Shown: piece by piece, positions 1 through 9,236 of the stretch
How positions within the stretch are numbered: the first letter of the stretch is position 1
Layout: every line of letters begins with the position of its first letter
Origin: a candidate division WOR-3 bacterium
Lineage (GTDB): Bacteria; SDB-A
DNA length: 64,000 nt
Reading direction: 5' to 3'
Assembly: GCA_016934535.1 (NCBI GenBank)
Contig: JAFGSQ010000037.1
Location: 1 to 64,000 of the forward strand
The notes under the pieces: model-generated
Told to the model about the DNA's origin: nothing
Database searches by the model: none
Seen by the model: the letters and a program-made list of their open reading frames with translations, nothing else
Position numbers and translations under genes: made by a program

Positions 1-828
1 TTTTATGAATTTTTCAATTTCGGAAACGGAAGAAGGAAGAGACGAGAGGTCTCCTTTGACCGACGAGAAATAGCTCTCGACGGAACCCATGAGCTCTTTC
101 CGATTTTTTGCAACAAATTCTTCAAGAGATTTTAATGCCGTTTCTCTTTCGGCCAGTTTCTTCTCTTCACTTAGCTTCAGAAAATCAATTATCTCTTTGT
201 AATTGGGTTCCGAAAGGAGTTTTTCAATGTTTGTCGAAGCAGACAAGAGATATGAAGACAGGTTCTCGATAAGAAGAGCCTGGTTTTTTTCTATCGAATT
301 GTTAACGTCAACAGCGAGAGTATCGAAAAAGTCTTTTTCGTTGTTTCCGAGGTCTTTGAAAGAATTTTCAATGTTCTTTAAATCTACTTTCTGTTTGATT
401 TCGGAAAGGTTCGCGACCGTTTCTTTAAGCAGACCGAGCATTTCGTTGGATTGAGTATCTTTGGCCTGCGTTTTCAGTTCTTCGAGAAGAACGGTTGATT
501 TTGTTATCAGTCCGATTATTGTATCCGAAACTGTCCAGTAGTTGTCGATTTTTTGCGGGATGGGTTCTATCGCTTCCCTGACAGTGTTTGAAAAGTCCTT
601 CATGTTTTCGCGTGTAGGCAGTTCTTTTATCTTTTCTCCTGTCAGAGTCTGGTCGTTTTTCAATTCGATGAAAGATTCTTTAAGTTCTTCGGATTTGTCT
701 TTGATTTCTTTTAAAACGCCGACGATTTCTAGGAGTCCGCAATTGTCACTCTTTGTGTCGTAAAAATTGCAATCGGGACCGCATAACTTTACTTCTCCCG
801 GCGTTGATGAAAAAGGACAGTTCTTCAT
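1..828 (-). CDS. Hypothetical coiled-coil protein with N-terminal 4-Cys motif (3' end runs off window)
   Basis: Not in ORF track. ATG at 828 overlaps the TPR gene stop (ATGA). Frame is open to base 1: MKNCPFSSTPGEVKLCGPDCNFYDTKSDNCGLLEIVGVLKEIKDKSEELKESF..., then E/K/L-rich helical sequence. Confidence 0.85.
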   Translation of the reverse strand, partial: MKNCPFSSTPGEVKLCGPDCNFYDTKSDNCGLLEIVGVLKEIKDKSEELKESFIELKNDQTLTGEKIKELPTRENMKDFSNTVREAIEPIPQKIDNYWTVSDTIIGLITKSTVLLEELKTQAKDTQSNEMLGLLKETVANLSEIKQKVDLKNIENSFKDLGNNEKDFFDTLAVDVNNSIEKNQALLIENLSSYLLSASTNIEKLLSEPNYKEIIDFLKLSEEKKLAERETALKSLEEFVAKNRKELMGSVESYFSSVKGDLSSLPSSVSEIEKFIK

Positions 829-3800
829 AATTCCTCAATTGCTTTTTGGATTGTTTTTTCATCGAATAAACCGCTGTTTTTTCTAATTTTTGTGTATATC
901 AGGGGGGGGGATTCAGATAGTATTTTCCCCGCTAAATCGCTGTAAATTCTTTTTTCATTGTCATTTAAATAGTTTGAAGCCGTTTTTAAAACGGACATGG
1001 CAGAAAGAAAATCAGACATTTCGACGTGACATGAAATGAGAAGTTTCAAAAATTTACCCAAATATTCCTGGCCTGATTTCATGCCTGAAGATTTTATCAA
1101 ATTAATTGCCCGGGGATAATCTCCAGCGGAATAAAGACAGACGCATTTCTCGAACAAAGCTTCGGGTGTGTTTGCGTCATTGAGAAGAGCGAGAGCTTTT
1201 TTCGGGTAACCTGCGGCTCTGATTTTTCTGGCGAGAGAAAGATTGTCCGAGGAAATTTTTGTTTTTTCGATTTCTTTCAGTCTTTTTACGTTTGCCCAAG
1301 AAATGAATTTTTCATCCCCCGTGATCGCCTTGTAGGACTTCAAAAATTTCTGAGCTCTTTTTTTATCGTGAGATATTATAAAATCCAGAGCCGCGTTGAG
1401 AACGTGCTCTTTCTGAGAGGAATTCAGATTTGAGGAATCGAGAAGCTCTACTCTTTTGACGGCCTGCTGTATCATGTTATTTTTTATCATGATATCGAGA
1501 AGAATCAGCTGAAGGCTGAAGTTGTCGCTGGACGGAGGTATCTTTGCGAATCTAAAAAGGATTTCTTTAGTGATCTGATCGGGAAGATCGCCGGCGATAT
1601 CTTGTAAAATACGTGCACTTTCCTCGAAATTCTTTTTTTCGTACATGATGTAGCATTTTAGTACTTCAGCTTTGAGATTTTCAATTTGTGAAATTTGAGG
1701 GAGTATTTCTTCCGCGAATCCCGGATTCAAATCAAAAGCTCTCGAAAAGGATTCGACAGCCTTTTCTTCGAATCCGTTCTTGGATGATATTTCACCGTGT
1801 TTGAGGAAAAGGTCGGGATTTAGAAAACCTTTGTCAATGATCTCTTCTATCAGCGTCGCAAGAATTCCATTTTCAAACGAGTCCTCGGTCTTGATTTTCA
1901 GAAGGATGTCTTTGGCTTCGTCATAACGGTCGTTCCTCATAGATATTTCGGCCCATATCAGTTTATAAATGTTTTTATCTGGTTCGGACGCGATTTTCTT
2001 TTTCGAAAACTCGGTTATAGATCTGTTGGAGGGATTTCTCGATACAATTCTCTTTATTGTCGTGTACAATACGTCGAATTTCTGGCATTTGTCAGATATT
2101 GTTATCATGATGTTCAGATTCTTTTCAGAGTCGCTGTTCGTTATTATCTTTTCCATTTCCTCAAGAGATCTAATCGCGAAAGATTCGTCGTAGGAAACGC
2201 TGAGCTGGAATTCCACGGCGGCTTTGTCGAGTTCTCCTTCTGACGAAAGAATTTTTCCCAGATAAAATCTCAGGCTCGCATCGGTAGGAGCTTGCTGAAG
2301 CTGCATCTGGAATTCTTTAATGACTTTGTCGGGAGATACGTATGACTTGGAATAAAGCTCGTACAGCAATTCCGATGATTTTTCGAATTTACCGGCTTTT
2401 GAATAAGCCTTTGACAGGATGTATAAAACTTTCGGATCTTCCGATGTTTTTTTTACTTTTTCGAGCAGATCTATTATTTGGTTTGAATAATTTGGTGAAA
2501 AATCGAGACTCTTCGATACGTGATTCAATCCGCCCTTGACGTTACCTGATTCGAAAGCCACTTGGCCTTTGATTAGATTAAAATAAGATTTATCCTCAGG
2601 AGGTAGTTTCTCGGGAATTTTTTCCATTTCAGTGTCAAGTTGAGAAAAAAGTTTTCTCTTGAGTAGAAAATCCAGATAACCGAACAGAACGCGGTGGTCG
2701 TCGGGATAATGGTTTTTCAATTTCTTGAAAAGATCGAGAGTCCACGTGTCTTCTTTTGGATAATCCATTAAATCACGTAATTTATCCAGTGCCAGAGAAA
2801 GATTTTTCTTTCTCAGCAATATTATTATATTGCTTTTGAGGACGTCTTTGTTTTTGGGGAATTTTTCTGAAACTTTATCAAGAAGATCGTTAGCGAGGTC
2901 TTTTAAGTCCTGGCGTTCTCGGCCCAGTATCTGAATGTACTTGAGAGCGTTTTCAGGATTTTCCGATTTGATTGAAGAGAGGATTTCAGCGACAAAAGAA
3001 ACGTCTTCTCTCTGAATTTTTTCGGTGAATATTGATGTAATTTGTGAGACATTTTTGCTGACGTCGGGGTATATTTCGCTCAGGACGTCGAGTTTGATGA
3101 GAAGTTCAATTATTGTTTTTTCATCTCTTTCCAGGAGAGCTTCGGATGTTTTAACAGCCAGATTCATTTTATCGAAGACGGACGCGAGGACAAAAGAAAC
3201 GTTCAATTTCAAATTGTCGGAAAACCTCTCCATGAGGCCGGAGCATATATCGTAGGAATATTCGATGTTTTGAATAAAACCCGAGAAGGTCAGGAAGTCA
3301 GCGATCAGGATCGCCTTGTCGAAAGTACCTCTCTCCGCGCTGATTTTTCCAAGCAAATAAATGGCTTTGTAGTTTTCGAGGTTCTGTTCAGTCGCGTCCA
3401 GCAGGCAGGATTCGGCTCTTTCGTAAGATTCCGGATAGTTTTTCAAAAGCACTTCAATTATGTCGACGGCTTTGCCTGATTCTCCTTTCTTCATATAGAT
3501 GTCAATGCAAAGGTTGTATATCTGTTCGTCAGGGGATTCAAGCAGAAGGTCTAATTTGCCCGAAACCCATTCGATGTATTCGTTTTTATCCGTGAAAAAT
3601 TCGAGTTCCGCCGATGCTTCCGAAAGTTTTTTTTCAGTTATCAACTGTTCAATATACTGCATTCTCGCTTTAATGTTTTTTCTGTCCGTCTGAAGCATTG
3701 ATTTGAGGTATTTTCCTTCGGTTTCTTTCGGAAGATTCGATTTGTTTACAAGTTCAAGCGCTTTGTCCTGATTGTTGGTCGAGACGTATAAATTGAAAAG

Positions 3801-4565
3801 GAAATCCATTGTTTCTAAGCTGAGCTGATTTTTTGACGATATTACATTTATTATCTTTTCGGCGCATCCGGTATCTATCTGAATAGCTCTGTTGAAAGAT
3901 TCAATGGCTTCCCTGTCTTTCCCGAAATTGAGATTGAACTTGCCCAGGTAAATGTGAGAAACAGGAGATCTGTATTCGCTTTTGGCCATCCACGCGAGTT
4001 GACTGGTTATCAGATCCGCTCTGTCAGGAAACTCGGTGGCGACTTCCTCAAAAAGAGTAATGGCGGCGTCTTTATCGACGTAAAGCGTCAGGGAAGCTAT
4101 CGACATCAAAAGGGAGGATCTTTTTTTTAGGTTAGCGGTACCCTGAGGGAAATTTTTAAGTATCTGGTTTTTTGCGGTGATGTCCTTTGTGACATAATCC
4201 TTGGGCACGTCTTTAAGGAAATCGTTCGCTTTGTCGAAATCCCCCTGCTCAAGATATAAAGAACCTATGAAGAGACCCACTTCGGAAAGTCTGTTGCCGA
4301 GAAAGAATCCGTCTTCCGCTCTGCTTATCGTGTTCTGTATGTTCTCGGGAGCGAGCATGTGAGCCATAGTCAGGTTCCTTGTGGCTACAGGCATGTTCAT
4401 TTTTGCCTGCATCCTTCCCAGTTCAAGATAAATGCTGTAATCCTCGCGGTTGCGCGATTCTTTGTCCAGAAGATCGAGGGCTTTTTTATTTTCACCCTGA
4501 TCCTCGAAACTTCTGACTTTTTCGAGAATTTTGTTTATGTCTTTCCCGAGTATAAATTCAAACAT
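825..4565 (-). CDS. Giant tetratricopeptide-repeat protein (1246 aa)
   Basis: Many TPR-like units (YLELGRMQ, HIYLGKFNL..AIESFNRAIQID, LRFYLGKIL..AAVEFQLSVSYD); no signal peptide. Confidence 0.85.
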   Translation of the reverse strand: MFEFILGKDINKILEKVRSFEDQGENKKALDLLDKESRNREDYSIYLELGRMQAKMNMPVATRNLTMAHMLAPENIQNTISRAEDGFFLGNRLSEVGLFIGSLYLEQGDFDKANDFLKDVPKDYVTKDITAKNQILKNFPQGTANLKKRSSLLMSIASLTLYVDKDAAITLFEEVATEFPDRADLITSQLAWMAKSEYRSPVSHIYLGKFNLNFGKDREAIESFNRAIQIDTGCAEKIINVISSKNQLSLETMDFLFNLYVSTNNQDKALELVNKSNLPKETEGKYLKSMLQTDRKNIKARMQYIEQLITEKKLSEASAELEFFTDKNEYIEWVSGKLDLLLESPDEQIYNLCIDIYMKKGESGKAVDIIEVLLKNYPESYERAESCLLDATEQNLENYKAIYLLGKISAERGTFDKAILIADFLTFSGFIQNIEYSYDICSGLMERFSDNLKLNVSFVLASVFDKMNLAVKTSEALLERDEKTIIELLIKLDVLSEIYPDVSKNVSQITSIFTEKIQREDVSFVAEILSSIKSENPENALKYIQILGRERQDLKDLANDLLDKVSEKFPKNKDVLKSNIIILLRKKNLSLALDKLRDLMDYPKEDTWTLDLFKKLKNHYPDDHRVLFGYLDFLLKRKLFSQLDTEMEKIPEKLPPEDKSYFNLIKGQVAFESGNVKGGLNHVSKSLDFSPNYSNQIIDLLEKVKKTSEDPKVLYILSKAYSKAGKFEKSSELLYELYSKSYVSPDKVIKEFQMQLQQAPTDASLRFYLGKILSSEGELDKAAVEFQLSVSYDESFAIRSLEEMEKIITNSDSEKNLNIMITISDKCQKFDVLYTTIKRIVSRNPSNRSITEFSKKKIASEPDKNIYKLIWAEISMRNDRYDEAKDILLKIKTEDSFENGILATLIEEIIDKGFLNPDLFLKHGEISSKNGFEEKAVESFSRAFDLNPGFAEEILPQISQIENLKAEVLKCYIMYEKKNFEESARILQDIAGDLPDQITKEILFRFAKIPPSSDNFSLQLILLDIMIKNNMIQQAVKRVELLDSSNLNSSQKEHVLNAALDFIISHDKKRAQKFLKSYKAITGDEKFISWANVKRLKEIEKTKISSDNLSLARKIRAAGYPKKALALLNDANTPEALFEKCVCLYSAGDYPRAINLIKSSGMKSGQEYLGKFLKLLISCHVEMSDFLSAMSVLKTASNYLNDNEKRIYSDLAGKILSESPPLIYTKIRKNSGLFDEKTIQKAIEEL

Positions 4566-4621
4566 AGTTATCTATATTTTACATAATTGGCATTAGCGGT
4601 CAAGGTCAATGAAAGAAGAGC

Positions 4622-4649
4622 TTGCATTTTTTATGAGCCCAAATATAAT
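4622..4649 (+). promoter_or_regulatory. Sigma70-like promoter of ferredoxin
   Basis: TTGCAT-16-TATAAT, with SD AAGGAGGT before ATG 4674. Confidence 0.5.
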
Positions 4650-4673
4650 AAAACAATAATTAAAGGAGGTAAA

Positions 4674-4853
4674 ATGAGACCATACGTTAACGAAGCCGAC
4701 TGTATTGCCTGTGGTTTGTGCAAAGACGTTTGTCCGGCAGATCCTAAAGTTTTTGAAATAGAAGATAAAGCGAAAGTAGTACATCCGGACGCATGTACGG
4801 GTTGCATGGAATGCCAAAACAATTGTCCGGTCAGCTGTATTGAAGTCAAATAA
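4674..4853 (+). CDS. 2[4Fe-4S] ferredoxin (59 aa)
   Basis: Two CxxCxxCxxxCP motifs (CIACGLCKDVCP, CTGCMECQNNCP); strong SD fixes the start at 4674. Confidence 0.95.
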   Translation: MRPYVNEADCIACGLCKDVCPADPKVFEIEDKAKVVHPDACTGCMECQNNCPVSCIEVK

Positions 4854-4873
4854 AATTCTTTTATTTTCTTATT

Positions 4874-4900
4874 AAAGCTCCCTGTTCCGGGGGCTTTTTT
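4874..4900 (+). terminator. Rho-independent terminator
   Basis: AAAGCTCCC/GGGGGCTTT stem followed by a T-run after the ferredoxin. Confidence 0.75.
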
Positions 4901-4914
4901 CTTTATCTGTGATG

Positions 4915-4943
4915 TTGAAAAATTTCTCCGTATAATTTATAAT
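4915..4943 (+). promoter_or_regulatory. Sigma70-like promoter
   Basis: TTGAAA-17-TATAAT upstream of the SLBB gene; SD AAGGAG. Confidence 0.65.
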
Positions 4944-4977
4944 TGCGGTTTTAACTGATTCAAAGGAGCGCCGGAAT

Positions 4978-6213
4978 ATGACGTTTTTTATTTTTCTCAT
5001 GGAACTCATGGTCGTCAATCAGGTCAGAGACGACGTTTATCTCATCAACCCTGAAACTTATACTCTTCACCCGAGAGACAGGCTCCAACTGGTCATTTCA
5101 GGAGCTCAGGGTTTCGTTCAGGACCTCGTGGTAAACGGTGACGGAACGATGATAGTGACGGTCGGCTCTCCCGCAATTATAGCCGAACCAAGTGAAACAC
5201 CGATTCCCGGAGAGACAAGCATGATGACTGCCGATTTCGCATCGGGGATGCCCCTCGGAGTAGTATACGCCGAAGGCAGAACGCTGAAGGAAGTCGAAGA
5301 AGAAGTCAGGACACTGGTCAGAAAATATTACACAGGTGTTGAAGTCCGTTTGATTATAGTAAGACCGAGGCATTTTATAATTATGCCGACAGGGGCGGTT
5401 CAAAGCGGAAATACTCCTTTGGAAGTCACTCCCCTTACGAGAGTGTCTTACGCTGTCGGAACTCTTTTGCTGAAATCCACGGCATCACTTATGAACATCG
5501 AACTGAGGTTTCTCGACGGGACAGTAGATACGGCCGATTACATACAATTCCTCAGGACCGGTGATATAGAGTATGACCCGCCTTTCAGGGAAGAAGGCGT
5601 CGTCCTCTATTTTCCGGAAATGAAAAAATCCGTGACAGTTTTCGGTGCAGTGCATCCTTACGGCACTTCCGACGTGATTTGGTCGACAGACACTCTCGAG
5701 ACTTTTCAGAGTGTTTCGGCAGTCCATGAAATATTCGACGGCGAAAATTTAAAAGATCTTATCGAGATCGCCGGAGGATTTCTCCAGAACGCCGATGTAT
5801 CAAATATCACGGTAAAGAGAAACGGGACATTGTTCAGGATAAACGGCAGAGATCAGACCGCTTTGGCGGATTTCGTCCTCGAAGACAGCGACACGATAAT
5901 GATACCTGAAATAAGGAATTCAATAATCGTTTTGGGAGGAGTGAGAACTCCGGGGGAATATTCTTTCGTTCCCATGAAAACCGCTTTTGAATACGTCAGC
6001 ATAGCCGGAGGCGTCACCGAAAGAGGAATGCTTAACAAAGTCACGGTGTATTCTTACGACGGCGTTCACAAGGGCGACGGAATAAACACGCCGGTGGAAA
6101 GGGGAGACGTCGTCAAAGTCCCGGAAGTGACTCTCAGATGGTGGCAGGATTACGCAAGTATTATGGGCACCTTGATAAGTATAGCATCATTTATCGTTCT
6201 CATATCTCAATAA
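4978..6213 (+). CDS. SLBB-domain polysaccharide export protein (Wza/KpsD-like)
   Basis: Poly_export-like segment (GVVYAEGRTLKEVEEEV), repeated SLBB motifs (LKDLIEIAGG, VLGGVRTPGEY, YVSIAGG), C-terminal amphipathic helix. Confidence 0.8.
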   Translation: MTFFIFLMELMVVNQVRDDVYLINPETYTLHPRDRLQLVISGAQGFVQDLVVNGDGTMIVTVGSPAIIAEPSETPIPGETSMMTADFASGMPLGVVYAEGRTLKEVEEEVRTLVRKYYTGVEVRLIIVRPRHFIIMPTGAVQSGNTPLEVTPLTRVSYAVGTLLLKSTASLMNIELRFLDGTVDTADYIQFLRTGDIEYDPPFREEGVVLYFPEMKKSVTVFGAVHPYGTSDVIWSTDTLETFQSVSAVHEIFDGENLKDLIEIAGGFLQNADVSNITVKRNGTLFRINGRDQTALADFVLEDSDTIMIPEIRNSIIVLGGVRTPGEYSFVPMKTAFEYVSIAGGVTERGMLNKVTVYSYDGVHKGDGINTPVERGDVVKVPEVTLRWWQDYASIMGTLISIASFIVLISQ

Positions 6214-6228
6214 CATGGAGGTTTGAAA

Positions 6229-7443
6229 ATGGCCGAACTCGTCGGAAAAGCTGTCGTCGCGCAGGGCGGTGGGCCAACTGCAGTGATAAATCAAACGCTC
6301 GCGGGGATCGTCTTCAGATCCAAGACCTGTTCACACATTTCCAAGCTTTACGGATCCATAAGAGGAGTCAGGGGGATAATTGACGAGAATTTCGTCGATC
6401 TGTCTTCTGTTTCTTTTGAAAACATGAAGAAGGTTGCTCTTACCCCTGGCGCCGCTCTCAAAAGCACGAGAGACAAACCCGACCCGGAATATTGTCTTAA
6501 AATATTCGACGTGTTCAGAAAGCATGACATAAGGTATTTTTTCTACATCGGAGGAAACGATTCCGCCGACACCTGCAGGATAATTAACGAACAAGCGAAG
6601 GATAGCAATTATGACCTAAGGGTCTTTCATGTCCCCAAGACAATAGACAACGATCTTTTAATCAACGACCACACTCCGGGATACGGATCGGCGGCTAAAT
6701 TTGTCGCTCAGGCTTTCGGAGGAATAAACTGCGACAACGATTCTCTCGGGGGAGTTTATATCGGAATAGTAATGGGAAGGCACGCCGGTTTTCTCACCGC
6801 CGGGTCCGCGCTTTCGAAAAAGAACGAAAGGGACGCGCCTCATCTGATTTTTCTTCCGGAATACCCTTTTGACACAGGCAAGTTTCTCGCGGGTGTTGAT
6901 CGCGCCTTTTCAAAATACAAAAGATGCGTCGTAGCTGTCAGTGAAGGGATTACAGACGCCGGTGGACAGCCAGTTATAGCAAGCCTTTCAAAGGGGAAAA
7001 AGGAATTCGATTCACACGGCAACATACAGCTATCGGGAACCGGCGCGCTGGGAGACATGCTTTCCGAACTGGTCAAGTCTGAACTCAAAATAAAAAGAGT
7101 CAGATCAGACACTTTCGGCTATCTTCAGAGGTCGTTTTCCGGATGCGTCAGCGCAACTGATTCAAAAGAAGCGCGGGAATGCGGAGAAATGGCTGTCGTT
7201 TATTCGTCCGTCACGGAGAATGACGGGTCCGTTACAATCCACAGAACGGGAGAATACGAGATCGAATACAGACTGTCTCTTTTGGCGGACATCGCCGGAA
7301 AAACCAAACTGATACCGAAGGAATTTTACGATTCCGGTGAAAACTTTGTCACGAAGCTTTTTTATCAATACGCCGGACCACTCGTCGGTGAATTGCCTGA
7401 AACGGCGAAACTGTCGGCTCGGCAGATTATAATACAAAAATGA
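6229..7443 (+). CDS. pfp: 6-phosphofructokinase, probably PPi-dependent
   Basis: QGGGPTAVIN, IGGNDS (Asp), PKTIDND (Lys), MGRHAG; the D/K residue pair is typical of PPi-PFKs. Confidence 0.88.
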   Translation: MAELVGKAVVAQGGGPTAVINQTLAGIVFRSKTCSHISKLYGSIRGVRGIIDENFVDLSSVSFENMKKVALTPGAALKSTRDKPDPEYCLKIFDVFRKHDIRYFFYIGGNDSADTCRIINEQAKDSNYDLRVFHVPKTIDNDLLINDHTPGYGSAAKFVAQAFGGINCDNDSLGGVYIGIVMGRHAGFLTAGSALSKKNERDAPHLIFLPEYPFDTGKFLAGVDRAFSKYKRCVVAVSEGITDAGGQPVIASLSKGKKEFDSHGNIQLSGTGALGDMLSELVKSELKIKRVRSDTFGYLQRSFSGCVSATDSKEARECGEMAVVYSSVTENDGSVTIHRTGEYEIEYRLSLLADIAGKTKLIPKEFYDSGENFVTKLFYQYAGPLVGELPETAKLSARQIIIQK

Positions 7444-7454
7444 AGGAGTAAAAA

Positions 7455-9218
7455 ATGATGGCAAATGTCATTCCAGCCGGCGTCGAATTGATAGACAATC
7501 CGGATCAGGAGAAATTCAGAGATCTCACTTTGAAATACGGGCCTGCATCGATGAAAACGGCATACGGAAACATGCTCAAACTGACTAGAAATAAAGCGAG
7601 AAAAGCCGAGTACACATATATAGTTGCAGAAGAAAGCGCCGCCAAACTATTTTCAAGTAAAATCATCACTCGCGAAAAAGCTGACCATTACATAAAAAAT
7701 GCCTGCGATTACATGAAAAAGCAGGGAAAGATGATAAAAATTGACCGATACGCCGGTATAGGCAAAAGAGCTGTCGGAGTGACATGGTATTACGATCTTG
7801 TGTCGGCTAATCTCGGCGCCATGCAGCAGATACTGTCGTTTCCCAGGTCATCGGTCGAAAACGCTGAATCTCTGAAAAAACCTTTTGAGCCGGTTTTCAG
7901 ACTTGTATTTTTGGCCGGTTTTCCCGCGCAGGGTCTTCCCGGAAATCAGGCCATTATTTTTGACATTGAGAATTACATCACTTACGTTATGGGACCGGAT
8001 TATTTCGGAGAAAGCAAAAAAGGCATGCTGAGAATGCTGAACGAGTATGTCTATCAAAAGGGCGGCCTCGTTCTTCACGCGGGAGCGAAAACGGTCAAAA
8101 CGAAAGACAAAGAGATTTCGGTTGCCATCATGGGACTTTCCGGAACCGGAAAAACTACGACTACTTTTTCTAAGCAAGGCGAATACAGCAAACCGATCCA
8201 GGACGACATGATTTCTCTTTGGCCCGACGGCACGTTTTCGATAACGGAGAACGGGTGTTTCGCAAAAACATACGGTCTTACCGAGGCATCGGAACCTGTT
8301 ATATACCGGGGAACGCTCAGCCCATCCGCCTGGGTGGAGAACGTCTATCCCGACGAAAACGGCAAATTCGATTTTTCTAAAGAAATTCTGGAGCCCGGCG
8401 AAGTCGCAAGGCTTAAAAAAATGTTGGTAGAATCCGGGGCCGACTCCGTAAACGTTGAAAAATACATAAAGGGAGAAGTGAAATCCGGCGAAGTGGTCGA
8501 TGAATACCTTACTCCCGCCGATGGCTGGGATTTTGTCGTGTGGACTCAAAACGGAAGATCCATAATTCCGATGAGCGACATCGAAAACGCTGCCGATTTC
8601 AACAATCTTCCCCCTTTGAAGTCTTTGGGGATTTTGAACAGAGATGAAGGGAAAGACGCGGCGACTCCGGGAATAGTCCTTTTCTCCTCTCCGGAACAGA
8701 CGGCCGGTTACTTCATGCTCGGAGAGACTTCTAAAACTTCGGCCGCAGGCAAAGACCGCGGTAAAACACGATCTCCATTCACTCAGCCTTTTTTCCCGAG
8801 AACCCATAAACTCCAGGCCGACAGGTTCAGGGATTTGGCCGCATTATTCGACAATTTGCAATCCTGGATGATGAACACGGGATTTGTTGGCGGCGACGCA
8901 AGGGACGTCGAGAATAAAAAGGCTCTGAAAGTCAAGATTTCGCATTCCTCGGCGATGATAGAAGCTTTGTTTGAAGACAGAATCACCTGGAAAAAAGATC
9001 CTGATTTCGGTTATCAGATAGTAGATGTCGCCGACGGAGCCAATTCGTGGCTTCTCGAAAGAGTACCCGCCGAGATCCTCAATCCGGTTTTGTTTTTCGA
9101 AAAAAGCGGGAGAATGGAAGAATACCGGTTCTGGGTTCAGAAAATGAAAAGCGAAAGGCGTGCTTTTCTCGAAAAATTCAAGGTCGAAAGCAACATTATT
9201 GAATCTGTCTGCGGCTGA
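7455..9218 (+). CDS. pckA: Phosphoenolpyruvate carboxykinase (ATP type)
   Basis: YFGESKKG, LHAGA, P-loop GLSGTGKTT, IQDD, ENGCFAKT, NTGFVGG. Confidence 0.88.
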   Translation: MMANVIPAGVELIDNPDQEKFRDLTLKYGPASMKTAYGNMLKLTRNKARKAEYTYIVAEESAAKLFSSKIITREKADHYIKNACDYMKKQGKMIKIDRYAGIGKRAVGVTWYYDLVSANLGAMQQILSFPRSSVENAESLKKPFEPVFRLVFLAGFPAQGLPGNQAIIFDIENYITYVMGPDYFGESKKGMLRMLNEYVYQKGGLVLHAGAKTVKTKDKEISVAIMGLSGTGKTTTTFSKQGEYSKPIQDDMISLWPDGTFSITENGCFAKTYGLTEASEPVIYRGTLSPSAWVENVYPDENGKFDFSKEILEPGEVARLKKMLVESGADSVNVEKYIKGEVKSGEVVDEYLTPADGWDFVVWTQNGRSIIPMSDIENAADFNNLPPLKSLGILNRDEGKDAATPGIVLFSSPEQTAGYFMLGETSKTSAAGKDRGKTRSPFTQPFFPRTHKLQADRFRDLAALFDNLQSWMMNTGFVGGDARDVENKKALKVKISHSSAMIEALFEDRITWKKDPDFGYQIVDVADGANSWLLERVPAEILNPVLFFEKSGRMEEYRFWVQKMKSERRAFLEKFKVESNIIESVCG

Positions 9219-9236
9219 ATCGTTTGTTCAAGCAGT

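Noticed and set aside
7848..8807. 319-aa antisense ORF inside pckA
   Set aside because: Shadow frame of a well-supported gene; no motifs and no initiation signals seen
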